Positions 30,162-39,112 of a DNA stretch of 64,000 bases are shown one piece after another. The stretch's first letter is position 1, and each line of letters opens with the position of its first letter. The DNA comes from Nitrospirota bacterium (GTDB lineage Bacteria; Nitrospirota; UBA9217). Position numbers and translations under genes: made by a program. The notes beneath the pieces are model-generated. The model ran no database searches and was not told the DNA's origin. It worked only from the letters and a program-made list of their open reading frames with translations. The DNA lies in contig CAWFSF010000006.1 in NCBI GenBank assembly GCA_963818475.1, positions 448,001 to 512,000 of the forward strand, given 5' to 3'.

Positions 30162-31259
30162 TCATAGAGTTGACGATTTTACCTGCTCAATAACATACTG
30201 TACCTGCTCATCGGTCATATCTCCGTGGATGGGCAGGCTCAGGATCTCGTCCTTCAGGGAATTGGCAACGGGGAAATCTCCGGGTTGATGGCCCAGATAC
30301 GCATAGGCTTTCAGGAAGGGCAGGGGAATAGGGTAGTGGATCCCGGTGCTGATGCCCTTGTCTTTCAGCTGTTTGATAAGCTGGTCCCGTTGCTTGACAC
30401 GGATCACGTAAAGATGGTAGACGTGTCTCATGTCCGGACTTACGTGCGGCGTCCCGACGACAGCGCGCAAGCCTTCATCATACTGTTTCGCTATTGCGCG
30501 TCTCCGTTCGGTCCAGAGGTCCAGATATTTCAGTTTAACGTCCAGGACCGCCGCCTGCATGCCGTCGAGCCTGCTGTTCATGCCCTCAAATTCATGATTA
30601 TATTTTTCGATCCTTCCGTGATTGGCGAACATGCGCGCTTTTTTTGCCAATTCACCATTATTGGTCACGATGGCGCCGCCATCACCATAGGCCCCGAGAT
30701 TTTTGCCCGGGAAAAAGCTGAAACAGGCGAAATCGCCAAACGTTCCGATGTTTTTCCCGTTGCAGCGCGCGCCGTGCGCTTGCGCGGAATCCTCGATCAC
30801 GTGGAGGTTATATTTTCCGGCAATCCTCATTATTGCTTCCATGTCCGCAGCTTGCCCGTACAGGTGGACGGGGATGATGGCCCGTGTTTTTGACGTTATT
30901 GCCGATGACAGCTTGTCCACATCGATATTGAATGTTGCTTCGTTGCAATCGACAAAGACCGGATGGGCGCCGGCCAGGGTAATGGATTCCGATGAGGCGA
31001 TAAATGAGTTTGCCGCAGTGATGACCTCATCTCCTTCTTTCATGCCTAAAACCTTCAACGCAATAAACAACGCATCAGTCCCGTTGCCCACACTGATACA
31101 GTGCTTGACTCCGACATAACTTGAAAAGCTTGATTCAAATTGCTGGACATATTTCCCCCCGATAAAAGCGGAATTCATAATAACCTCGTGAATCGCCTTA
31201 TCAAGCTCGGACTGGATGTTTATATATTGCGCTTTTAAATCGACGAACGGTATGTTCAC
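30162..31259 (-). CDS. DegT/DnrJ PLP-dependent sugar aminotransferase (WbpE/WlbC-like)
   Basis: IPFVDLKAQY, NGTDAL, PVHLYGQ, EDSAQAHG, SFFPGKNLGAYGDGG; GTG start with GAGGAG RBS. Confidence 0.92.
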   Translation of the reverse strand: MNIPFVDLKAQYINIQSELDKAIHEVIMNSAFIGGKYVQQFESSFSSYVGVKHCISVGNGTDALFIALKVLGMKEGDEVITAANSFIASSESITLAGAHPVFVDCNEATFNIDVDKLSSAITSKTRAIIPVHLYGQAADMEAIMRIAGKYNLHVIEDSAQAHGARCNGKNIGTFGDFACFSFFPGKNLGAYGDGGAIVTNNGELAKKARMFANHGRIEKYNHEFEGMNSRLDGMQAAVLDVKLKYLDLWTERRRAIAKQYDEGLRAVVGTPHVSPDMRHVYHLYVIRVKQRDQLIKQLKDKGISTGIHYPIPLPFLKAYAYLGHQPGDFPVANSLKDEILSLPIHGDMTDEQVQYVIEQVKSSTL

Positions 31260-31643
31260 GGTATCTTCTCCTCTTCGAAACAGGTGCTGCACGATTGAAC
31301 GAGTAAACAAGAAAAAAAGTTTAGGGAAGCGTGAAAAGTTGCTGTATCAAATGCTTATCAAGGTCATGGTGAATCGCGTCCGTCTAAACTACATTTTCAC
31401 TTCGCTCGCTGGCACGCGCCCTGAGCGCCTCCAGAAGCTGCGCCGCGTATCGGCCGGAAGCTGCTCCTGGGAGTGCCAGAACGTAACTACGGATGCCTCA
31501 TTTCAAGCTTGTTCACCTCGACGATATTGCACATCCGACAGGAGAGGTGGCAATGTTTCGTCACATAAAACTGGACATAAAACAGGGAATCCGTGGTAAA
31601 AAAACACGCAGCAAGAATGTTTTGTCTGCCAACTGAACTTAGA

Positions 31644-33005
31644 TTATCCCTGATGCGCCGAAATTATTCTTGACAGACGAAAGGGCAAAAGCAGGCTCTT
31701 GCCATACATCTGCATACTTTTCCTGATCGGCCTGGAAAAACAGGCCGCAATAAAATTTGCCCCGAATGCAGCAACAAGTGAAGCCATCGAAGCACCGATA
31801 GCGCCATATTGCGGTATAAGATACAGATTGACGATAACATTGATCATCATCCCCGCAATATCAACATACAGACCATCCTTCAGATATCCTTCCGCGGTGA
31901 GCCATTTCTGCCGGGCCACTCCGAAAAAAACCGACGTGGCAATCCAGGTCTGAATCGAAAGTATTGTTGCGGCGTTGCGGTATTGTTCACCGTACAACGT
32001 TGCAATGATAAATGGCGCGATAAAGGTAATCAATACCGCTATGGTTATGGCCATCCAGATCATCAGGTCATACAGGCTCTGGATCCGCTTTTTGTACTCT
32101 TCCGCCGATAATTTCCTCGATTTGACAATCTCGGGAAATAGCGAAGCGGTCAAGGCCATGGGGATGAAGTACCACACTTCCACCAGGCGCACTGCAGCGG
32201 AAAACTCTCCGACACTCTTGTCCCCGGTCATATGCCCCAGCATGACCTGATCTATCCTCATGTAGATCATGATCACAATGCCTTGCAGGATGAGCGGCCA
32301 ACTCTCCCTGAGGAGATAGACTGTTTTTTCTGCGGATACTCGCCATGCGCTAAAGGTGTTGCCGGATCTCAGAAAATAGATGGCCAGGCCGATAGCCCCG
32401 GCTAATGCTTCAATCAAGATGGTCAGCGCAAAAGCAACCAAAGGAGCTTTGGCAAGGATCAATGCCACCCTTATCGATGAGGCAACAAGAAAGGCGGCGT
32501 TCCGCGCATAGACCGTATATTTTGACCTCAGGTGGGCCTGGAACAGAAAATCAATGGTATCGAGCGCCTGAAACATGGTGCCGCTGGCAACCAACACAAT
32601 CATCCAGAGCGAAACAGCATCGTTGGGGCGAATCACCAGGATGGTCACGATCGATGCCGCAATGGTGACCATGCTGCCCAGAAGTTTTAGCCAGGTGGCG
32701 CTCCCCAGGGTTTCGTTCGTACAGGAATCGTCGTGGACAATGTCGCGAATTACGATGCTGTCGAGTCCCAGCATGGAAAACGTGCTGAAGATGGCAACTA
32801 GCGCCAGAACGAAATTCAAGGCGCCGAAACGTTCCGGCCCCAGATAGCGTGCCAGCCAGACCGTAACAAGTACGCCCAGCCCCATGCGAACAATTTTGTC
32901 TGCAAACAGCCAGCCTGTGTTGGCAACAATATTCTGGAGATTCTGCCGTCCTTCCAACCGCCGACGGGCGAAGGCGGGCAGGTATTTGATCCAGATAGGG
33001 TTCAT
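31644..33005 (-). CDS. wzx: Wzx-type oligosaccharide flippase
   Basis: NTGWLFADKIVR, LARYLGPE.FG, IYMRIDQVML, LIPQYGAIGA; many TM segments. Confidence 0.88.
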   Translation of the reverse strand: MNPIWIKYLPAFARRRLEGRQNLQNIVANTGWLFADKIVRMGLGVLVTVWLARYLGPERFGALNFVLALVAIFSTFSMLGLDSIVIRDIVHDDSCTNETLGSATWLKLLGSMVTIAASIVTILVIRPNDAVSLWMIVLVASGTMFQALDTIDFLFQAHLRSKYTVYARNAAFLVASSIRVALILAKAPLVAFALTILIEALAGAIGLAIYFLRSGNTFSAWRVSAEKTVYLLRESWPLILQGIVIMIYMRIDQVMLGHMTGDKSVGEFSAAVRLVEVWYFIPMALTASLFPEIVKSRKLSAEEYKKRIQSLYDLMIWMAITIAVLITFIAPFIIATLYGEQYRNAATILSIQTWIATSVFFGVARQKWLTAEGYLKDGLYVDIAGMMINVIVNLYLIPQYGAIGASMASLVAAFGANFIAACFSRPIRKSMQMYGKSLLLPFRLSRIISAHQG

Positions 33006-33037
33006 TGTGTCCTTGTTGAAAATATCAAAGTCCCTGT

Positions 33038-33673
33038 CTAATGTTCTTTACTGTCGGCGAGTGGGAATATGGAATGGATATCCTTTTTCCTTACACCGTT
33101 ATTCATCAGTTCCTGATACACCAGATCCTTATTCGCATATGCGGTGACCAAAACACAGTCGTACGGCATTCCGTTGATCACAGAAAACGGGTGCACATCC
33201 AGGCCGCAGAAGTTTCGCCCTGTATCTTTGGTATCTATCACTGCGACAAGTTCAAGCGATGTTTCCTTGAGCGAAATATACGCGATTTCAGCCACCTCAT
33301 CTGCCCCGGCGAAGACGATTCGCTTCATGCCGTTTTTCTGTAAGTCATAAAACAATGTCCTCAGATTTTTCCTTGCTTCACGATAGACGCGCGTGTAATC
33401 ATGGAGCAGATCGTAGGTGAGTCGGGTCTTTTCCGTGAAGCCCTTGGGAGTGAGATAGTAGGCGTACCTCTTGGTCGGGATCGCTTTGACCGTGATGTAT
33501 CCCTTTTTTACGAGGTTCTTGATGTAGGAATTGACCAGTCCGAGGGCGATACCGAGGCGGCTGCTCAAGTCGCGCTGGGTGAGCGAGTCGTCGTTTGCCA
33601 GCTCATGCAGGATCTGGAGCGAACGGTACTGCTCTGTTTCAGGCGAGTGAGAGCGTTCATGATCCATGTTCAT
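33038..33673 (-). CDS. EPS-associated MarR-type winged-helix regulator with C-terminal Rossmann-like domain
   Basis: TQRDLSSRLGIALGLVN..IK.LVKKG.I, Y.Y.LTPKG..EK, then IVFAGADEVAE. Confidence 0.85.
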   Translation of the reverse strand: MNMDHERSHSPETEQYRSLQILHELANDDSLTQRDLSSRLGIALGLVNSYIKNLVKKGYITVKAIPTKRYAYYLTPKGFTEKTRLTYDLLHDYTRVYREARKNLRTLFYDLQKNGMKRIVFAGADEVAEIAYISLKETSLELVAVIDTKDTGRNFCGLDVHPFSVINGMPYDCVLVTAYANKDLVYQELMNNGVRKKDIHSIFPLADSKEH

Positions 33674-33709
33674 GTTTTGAACATACCATGTTCGGCAGCG
33701 GACTGTCAA
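33666..33709 (-). promoter_or_regulatory. sigma-70-type promoter with overlapping palindromic operator
   Basis: TTGACA (33709-33704), 18 nt, TGgTATGTT; perfect inverted repeat ATGTTCA-N5-TGAACAT at 33666-33684. Confidence 0.7.
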
Positions 33710-33850
33710 GCAGTAAGTTGCTGTTTATTTACCCGGAATCTGTTTCAGGTACCATCCGCCGCAGACCTTGATAAACCTTTACACCCTGTCATTCTGATGC
33801 TATGATAACTCAAGTTTAGAACAGGCTTTCTTTTTGGAACAGGAGATGGA

Positions 33851-34813
33851 ATGGAGCCTAAAATATGTCTGGCGCTCGGCGGGGGAGCAGCCCGCGGCCT
33901 GGCGCACCTCGGCGTGCTGAAGGTCTTCGAAGATGCACGCGTGCCGATCCATATGATCACCGGCACGAGCCTCGGGGCGCTCATGGGCGGGCTCTATGCA
34001 GCCCAGCCCGATGCCGAGTACTGGATGGGAAGGGTGGAGCAGTTCCTCCGGAGCTTCAGGTCCCGTAAAACCCGGCTCGAGTTCATCCGCAGGATGGAGG
34101 AGCCGAATAATAACCACGGATTCTTCAACGACATGGCGAACCTGATCCGCAAGGGCTATTTCTGGGGGGTGACCGCCACCAATCCGGCCTTCATTTCGGA
34201 GCAGGAATATGAAGAATTCATGTATCCGCTTATCCCGGATATCTTGATAGAGGAAACGAAGATCCCCTTTGGGTGCGTGGCCACCGACATCCGCAATGCC
34301 AAGCGGATGGTCTATACGAAGGGTTCTCTCCGGAAAACAGTGAGCGCCAGCTGCTCCCTCCCGGGGATCTTCCCGCCGGTGGCGGACGGCGACATGCTGC
34401 TCGTGGACGGCGGGTGGGTGGAGCGCGTGCCCGTGCGCTGCGCCCATGACATGGGGGCCGATGTCGTGATCGCCGTGGACGTGTCGAGCACGGTGGCTCC
34501 GTTTGATAAAAAATTCGGACTGGACGTGGTCCTGCGCGCCGACGCGGTGACCCGGATCTATTTGAACGACATTCTCGTCACGGAAGCCGATGTGGTCATC
34601 CACCCGTCGGTCGGAAAGACCCACTGGGCGGATTTCAGCAGACCACGGGACCTGTTCCGGCAGGGCGAGGTCGCCGCGCTGGCCAAGCTTGTCGAGATCC
34701 GCACCGCGATCCATCGCGCAACACCGCCGCCAGCGCCGCAGCCGACCATTGTCGACCATATCAAATCGATCAAGGATATCATCGTCGACAAAGTGGTTGG
34801 CGTGAAACCGTAG
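33851..34813 (+). CDS. patatin-like phospholipase
   Basis: GGGAARG, GTSLG (GxSxG), DGG. Confidence 0.9.
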   Translation: MEPKICLALGGGAARGLAHLGVLKVFEDARVPIHMITGTSLGALMGGLYAAQPDAEYWMGRVEQFLRSFRSRKTRLEFIRRMEEPNNNHGFFNDMANLIRKGYFWGVTATNPAFISEQEYEEFMYPLIPDILIEETKIPFGCVATDIRNAKRMVYTKGSLRKTVSASCSLPGIFPPVADGDMLLVDGGWVERVPVRCAHDMGADVVIAVDVSSTVAPFDKKFGLDVVLRADAVTRIYLNDILVTEADVVIHPSVGKTHWADFSRPRDLFRQGEVAALAKLVEIRTAIHRATPPPAPQPTIVDHIKSIKDIIVDKVVGVKP

Positions 34814-34839
34814 GGCGTCGGAGCGTTTCCTAATCAACC

Positions 34840-35535
34840 ATGCGAAAACCGCTTGTCATTGCTCATCGCGGCGACTCTTCCCGCGCGCTCGAAAATTCTT
34901 TCGAGGCTTTCCAGCTTGCGCTTGCTCTGCCGGTGGACATGATCGAGTTCGACATCCGGAAGAGCCGGGACAACCAGCTGTATGTCATGCATGACAAGGA
35001 CACGGGAAGAACAGCGGTAAAGAACCTTAATATAGAAGAATCTTTATCGGATGAGATTTCCAAAGTCAAGCTGAAGAACAACGAACCTATTCCCGTACTT
35101 GATGATGTGTTGAACCTGGTGGCCGGCAGGGTGGGTATCAATATCGAGATCAAGAGCGACGGAGCAGGGGCGGTGTTATCCCGACAGCTCTTTCATTACC
35201 GGTATTCAGGCTACATCATGGTTTCCTCCTTTAAGGAAAAGGAGGTTTTGGATGCTCGGGAGGTGATGCTCGATCTTCCCGTATCGGGGATCTTCGACAC
35301 GTTCGTCCCCGCAGAAGTGAGCAAGTATAGGTCCATGGGGTACGGTCATATCAGCCTCAGAAAAAAGACCGTGACCAGGGAGCTCATCAGCGCCTGCCAC
35401 GACCAGAAGATCAAGGTCTATGTCTGGACCGTGGATGAAGAGGAAGAGATCAGGCGTTTCATAGAGTGGGGCGTGGACGGGATGTATAGTAATAAGCCGA
35501 TGGTGTTGAAGAGCGTTGTGGATGCCTTAAACTGA
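34840..35535 (+). CDS. glycerophosphodiester phosphodiesterase
   Basis: AHRG, ENS, EFD, HD, IEIK, SSF, WTVD, GVDG. Confidence 0.92.
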   Translation: MRKPLVIAHRGDSSRALENSFEAFQLALALPVDMIEFDIRKSRDNQLYVMHDKDTGRTAVKNLNIEESLSDEISKVKLKNNEPIPVLDDVLNLVAGRVGINIEIKSDGAGAVLSRQLFHYRYSGYIMVSSFKEKEVLDAREVMLDLPVSGIFDTFVPAEVSKYRSMGYGHISLRKKTVTRELISACHDQKIKVYVWTVDEEEEIRRFIEWGVDGMYSNKPMVLKSVVDALN

Positions 35536-35564
35536 TGTTTGGCGAGATAAGCGCTGTTTTATAG

Positions 35565-37172
35565 ATGACAAATACAAACAACACGAATTCGGATTTCCTC
35601 TACGACCTCATCGTCATTGGCGGCGGCATCACCGGGGCCGGTGTGGCGCGGGACGCGGCGCTGCGGGGGCTGTCGTGTCTGCTGCTTGAAAAGGGAGACT
35701 TTGCCTCAGGTGTCACGTCCAAATCCACGCGACTCGTCCACGGGGGACTGCGGTACCTTGCAAACTTCGAGGTCGATCTCGTAGCTGAATCACTTCGAGA
35801 ACGGGCCATCTTGCGGCAGCAGGCTCCGTATCTTATACACCCCATGCCGATCCTTATTCCTATCTATAAGGAAGACCCGCACGGCAGGGCGGTCATGTCT
35901 ATCGGTATTCACCTCTACGACCTCCTGTCCCATGAAAAGGACATCCCGCATTATTTTACGTCCAATAGAGAGAAGACGCTCGGGTTTGCGCCGCATCTGA
36001 ACAAGGAAGGTCTTACGGGCAGCGCGTTGTTCTACGACCATCAGATCATGATGCCCGAGCGGCTCGTGGTGGAGAATATCATCTCTGCACGCAGGGCCGG
36101 AGCTGTTCTGCTGAACTATCACCGCGTCGAAAAAATTGAGGAACAGTGCAGTATTACCGTGACTGCCAGGGATGTTCTTTCGGGCGGCACGAAGTCCTTC
36201 CGTTCAAAAGCGCTGGTGAACGCGTCGGGACCCTGGATCGATACGGTCCGGCGCGCTGGCAACATCAACGAGAGAACGATCATCCATCCGACCAAGGGCA
36301 TCCACCTGGTGCTGCCCAAACTGTCCGATCAGGCGTTGTTCGTGACCTCGCGCGACAACAGAATGTTCTTCATCATCCCGCTCGGCGCCTACTCGCTCAT
36401 CGGCACTACGGACACGGAATACCGGGGAGACCTCGATGACGTGCATGCGCAGAAGGATGATATCGATTACCTCCTGACCGAAAGCAGGCGGATTCTTCCG
36501 GGAATGAACCTCGCGAAGGAGTCCATTCTCTATACCTATGCGGGCATCCGGCCGCTTGCATTCTCAGGCACGAGCGAGTCGAAGATATCGCGCAAGCACC
36601 GGGTGGTCAAAGAAGGACGGACAGGCAGGATCATCACCATTGCCGGCGGCAAGCTCACGACCTACCGCAATATGGCGAAAGACACTGTGAATGCCGTTTG
36701 CAAAGTTCTTGGCCGGACTGCCGAATGCGTGACCGATAAACAGCCGCTGCCGGGCGGGCTTCCGGTCTCCTATGAGGAATATATGCGGGAAGCGCTTCCC
36801 GAGCTATCTTCCCGCTATGCCATGCCAACCGAGACCGTGCGGCATCTGATATCGTTCTACGGAGCAAGGGCCGAGGATGTGCTCGAACTGGCACGGAAGG
36901 AGCCGTCTTTGCGTGCGTCGATCTCTCCGGACAGCCGCGATCTCTATGCGCAGGTCCTGTTCAGTGTGAGGGAAGAGGGTGCGAAGACGCTTTCGGACAT
37001 CGTGCTTCGGAGGATGCACCTCGGCATCTCGGCCGGCCGTGGCGATCAGCAGGCAGAGAAGATCGCTGCCCTGGCCGGCAAAGAACTCGGCTGGAGCAGT
37101 GATGAGATAAAACGTCGGGTAGAAGAGTTCAGAGCAGATCTCGAAAAGGACAGGTTCTGCCTGAAATGTTGA
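35565..37172 (+). CDS. glpD: FAD-dependent glycerol-3-phosphate dehydrogenase
   Basis: IGGGITGAG.A.DAA.RG, DFASG.TS.ST.L.HGGLRYL, NASGPW, GTTD, GGKLTTYR. Confidence 0.9.
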   Translation: MTNTNNTNSDFLYDLIVIGGGITGAGVARDAALRGLSCLLLEKGDFASGVTSKSTRLVHGGLRYLANFEVDLVAESLRERAILRQQAPYLIHPMPILIPIYKEDPHGRAVMSIGIHLYDLLSHEKDIPHYFTSNREKTLGFAPHLNKEGLTGSALFYDHQIMMPERLVVENIISARRAGAVLLNYHRVEKIEEQCSITVTARDVLSGGTKSFRSKALVNASGPWIDTVRRAGNINERTIIHPTKGIHLVLPKLSDQALFVTSRDNRMFFIIPLGAYSLIGTTDTEYRGDLDDVHAQKDDIDYLLTESRRILPGMNLAKESILYTYAGIRPLAFSGTSESKISRKHRVVKEGRTGRIITIAGGKLTTYRNMAKDTVNAVCKVLGRTAECVTDKQPLPGGLPVSYEEYMREALPELSSRYAMPTETVRHLISFYGARAEDVLELARKEPSLRASISPDSRDLYAQVLFSVREEGAKTLSDIVLRRMHLGISAGRGDQQAEKIAALAGKELGWSSDEIKRRVEEFRADLEKDRFCLKC

Positions 37173-37227
37173 ACAGGGATTGCATGGACGGGTTTTAAAC
37201 CCGCCCTTACCTATAAGTGAGGTCGTC

Positions 37228-37683
37228 ATGATGAACTGGGCACATGTACATCTTATGATCAATCATTTTCCCGTGATCGGTGTTCTGGGCGCGTTTCTGG
37301 TGTTCGGCTATGGCCTGGTGCGCAAGAGCGACGAGGTGAAGCTCCTGGGCCTCGGATTGTTCGTCCTGATCGCGCTCATCACCATTCCGGTGTTCCTCAC
37401 GGGAGGCGCCGCGGAAAAGGTCGTAAAAGACCTGAACCTGCCGGGCGTGACCGAGTCCTCTATCGGCACGCATGAAGAGATCGCATCACTGGCGCTGGCG
37501 CTGATAGAACTGCTTGGGGCGGTTGCTTTGGGAGGTCTGTTCCTTTTTCGCAAGTCCGGCTCGCTTCCTCAGTGGTATATAGCGCTGGTTCTTGCCATCG
37601 CAGTGGCCTCAGCAGGGATCGTGGGTCTCACGGCGAACTTTGGAGGGCAGATCAGGCATACGGAGATCAGGGAGCCGCGGTGA
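37228..37683 (+). CDS. four-TM membrane protein (DUF2231-like)
   Basis: HL.INHFP, TG..AE, HEE, TANFGGQIRHTEIR. Confidence 0.7.
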   Translation: MMNWAHVHLMINHFPVIGVLGAFLVFGYGLVRKSDEVKLLGLGLFVLIALITIPVFLTGGAAEKVVKDLNLPGVTESSIGTHEEIASLALALIELLGAVALGGLFLFRKSGSLPQWYIALVLAIAVASAGIVGLTANFGGQIRHTEIREPR

Positions 37684-37686
37684 GGC

Positions 37687-37718
37687 AATGCGGAACGTGG
37701 AGTGCGGAATGCGGAATT
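37687..37718. repeat. heptamer tandem repeat (AATGCGG-like x4)
   Basis: aatgcgg aacgtgg agtgcgg aatgcgg aatt. Confidence 0.7.
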
Positions 37719-37738
37719 AAGTCCGAAGGGGAGGTTGT

Positions 37739-38638
37739 ATGGCGCAGTTGATGAAAGGCATTGAGCTCTCTTCAAAGATCCTGGCCGCGGTCAAGGAGGA
37801 AACGGGCAGACTGGCGAAACACGGCATCCGCCCAGGCCTGGCACTGGTTCTCGTGGGCGAGGACAAGTCTTCCTATATGTACTACCAGGCCATCCAGAGC
37901 TCTGCCGCCAGGGCGGGCATCGATATCTTTAACCATACGCTGCCTGCCACGGTATCGTTGAACGAGATCCTGAACGTGATCAAAACGCTGAACAACGACG
38001 AACGTGCCAACGGGATCCTCGTGTTCATGCCGCTGCCGCGCCATATCGATACGCGGAAAGTCGTGAATGCGATCGTGCCGGAAAAGGACGTCGACGGGCA
38101 GGGCGCCATCTCCGTGGGCAGGCTTTCCGCTGATGAGTCAACGTCGCAGCTCTTTGAGCCCGGCTTCACCTTGTCGGTGAGGTCGACCTTTCTTCCCTGT
38201 ACGCCCTACGGGGTGATGCGGATGCTGGAGCATTACGGCGTCGAGCCCAGGGGAAAAAAGGTCGTGATCGTTGGCAAAAGCCTTGCGGTAGGTAAACCGC
38301 TTGCCATGATGATGCTGGTCAAGGAAGCAACGGTCACTATCTGTCATCGCGAGACGAAGGACCTGGGTCTGGAGACCCGGCAGGCTGATATCCTCTGCAG
38401 CGCAACAGGACGGGCCGGGCTGATCAAGACCGACATGGTGAAGGAAGGGGCGGTGGTCGTGGATATCGGCATCAACGTGTTGGACGACGGTACGACCGTC
38501 GGTGATGTAGATTTCGATCCTGTCTCAAAGAAGGCTGCACTCATTACGCCGGTGCCCGGCGGAGTGGGGCCGGTAACGATCGCGATCCTTCTGAAGAACA
38601 CGGTGATCTCTGCCAAGCGGATGGTGGGGGTGGGATAG
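37739..38638 (+). CDS. folD: FolD-family methylene-THF dehydrogenase (atypical active site)
   Basis: PGLA.VLVG.D, PLP, KDVDG, PCTP.G, TPVPGGVGP.T. Confidence 0.85.
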   Translation: MAQLMKGIELSSKILAAVKEETGRLAKHGIRPGLALVLVGEDKSSYMYYQAIQSSAARAGIDIFNHTLPATVSLNEILNVIKTLNNDERANGILVFMPLPRHIDTRKVVNAIVPEKDVDGQGAISVGRLSADESTSQLFEPGFTLSVRSTFLPCTPYGVMRMLEHYGVEPRGKKVVIVGKSLAVGKPLAMMMLVKEATVTICHRETKDLGLETRQADILCSATGRAGLIKTDMVKEGAVVVDIGINVLDDGTTVGDVDFDPVSKKAALITPVPGGVGPVTIAILLKNTVISAKRMVGVG

Positions 38639-38653
38639 TCAAAAAAGTAGTTT

Positions 38654-38805
38654 GGCCGCAGATGAACGCAGATTCTCGCAGATAAAACCAAACACTTTGG
38701 TGAAGCGAATCTGCAGCAAAGTATGGTCTTCTTTGGAATTAAAAGAATTTTTCTTTTTTGACTTTACCTGCAGTTATCCGCGTTCATCCGGTTTTATCTG
38801 CGTCC
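38654..38805. repeat. element bounded by inverted arrays of 10-bp repeats
   Basis: left cgcagatgaa cgcagattct cgcagataaa; right ttatccgcg ttcatccggt tttatctgcg. Confidence 0.7.
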
Positions 38806-38833
38806 GAACTGCCGTGTTTGGCGTGCTGACAAT

Positions 38834-38873
38834 AAAAAATCCCTGACCAGTTTTTTGGCCAGGGACTTTTTTT
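38834..38873 (-). terminator. intrinsic terminator (best on - strand, possibly bidirectional)
   Basis: - strand GTCCCTGGCCA-AAAAAC-TGGTCAGGGAT-TTTTT with G-U wobbles; on + strand these become A-C mismatches, also followed by a T run. Confidence 0.75.
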
Positions 38874-39051
38874 GAGAATACGAAGCAGGCGGAGGCTATT
38901 TTGGCGCGACCCTCAGTTTAAGCGTACGCCAGCGTCTTCGATGGCGGCATCGCGGGCAATGCACACTGCGTTTTGCCGCAGTGTTGCCACGCCTTCCGCG
39001 GAGACGTACGTTCACCTTGCCGTTCCTTGCGAAGGAGGCAAGTACAAATTT
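38834..39051 (-). ncRNA. candidate unannotated structured RNA (~215 nt)
   Basis: promoter TTTAGA-17-TAAAAT (39086-39058), nested stems, own terminator, no credible ORF; family not recognised. Confidence 0.5.
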
Positions 39052-39112
39052 CTGGATATTTTACAGGAGAGATGCTAATATCTAAAAAACACCAATGAGG
39101 AGGAAACGAGCT

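Noticed and set aside
2827-31259. Radical SAM/ATP-grasp/AsnB/peptidase set as a RiPP or antibiotic cluster
   Set aside because: No precursor peptide, PqqD/RRE, SPASM domain, NRPS/PKS or exporter seen; the context is glycosyltransferases and Wzx.
31311-31643. Gap between wzx and the aminotransferase as an RNA element or ops/JUMPstart site
   Set aside because: No GGCGGTAG ops motif and only short inverted repeats; a minus-strand frame (GIRSYVLALPGAASGRYAAQLLEAL) may be a gene remnant but is too weak to call.
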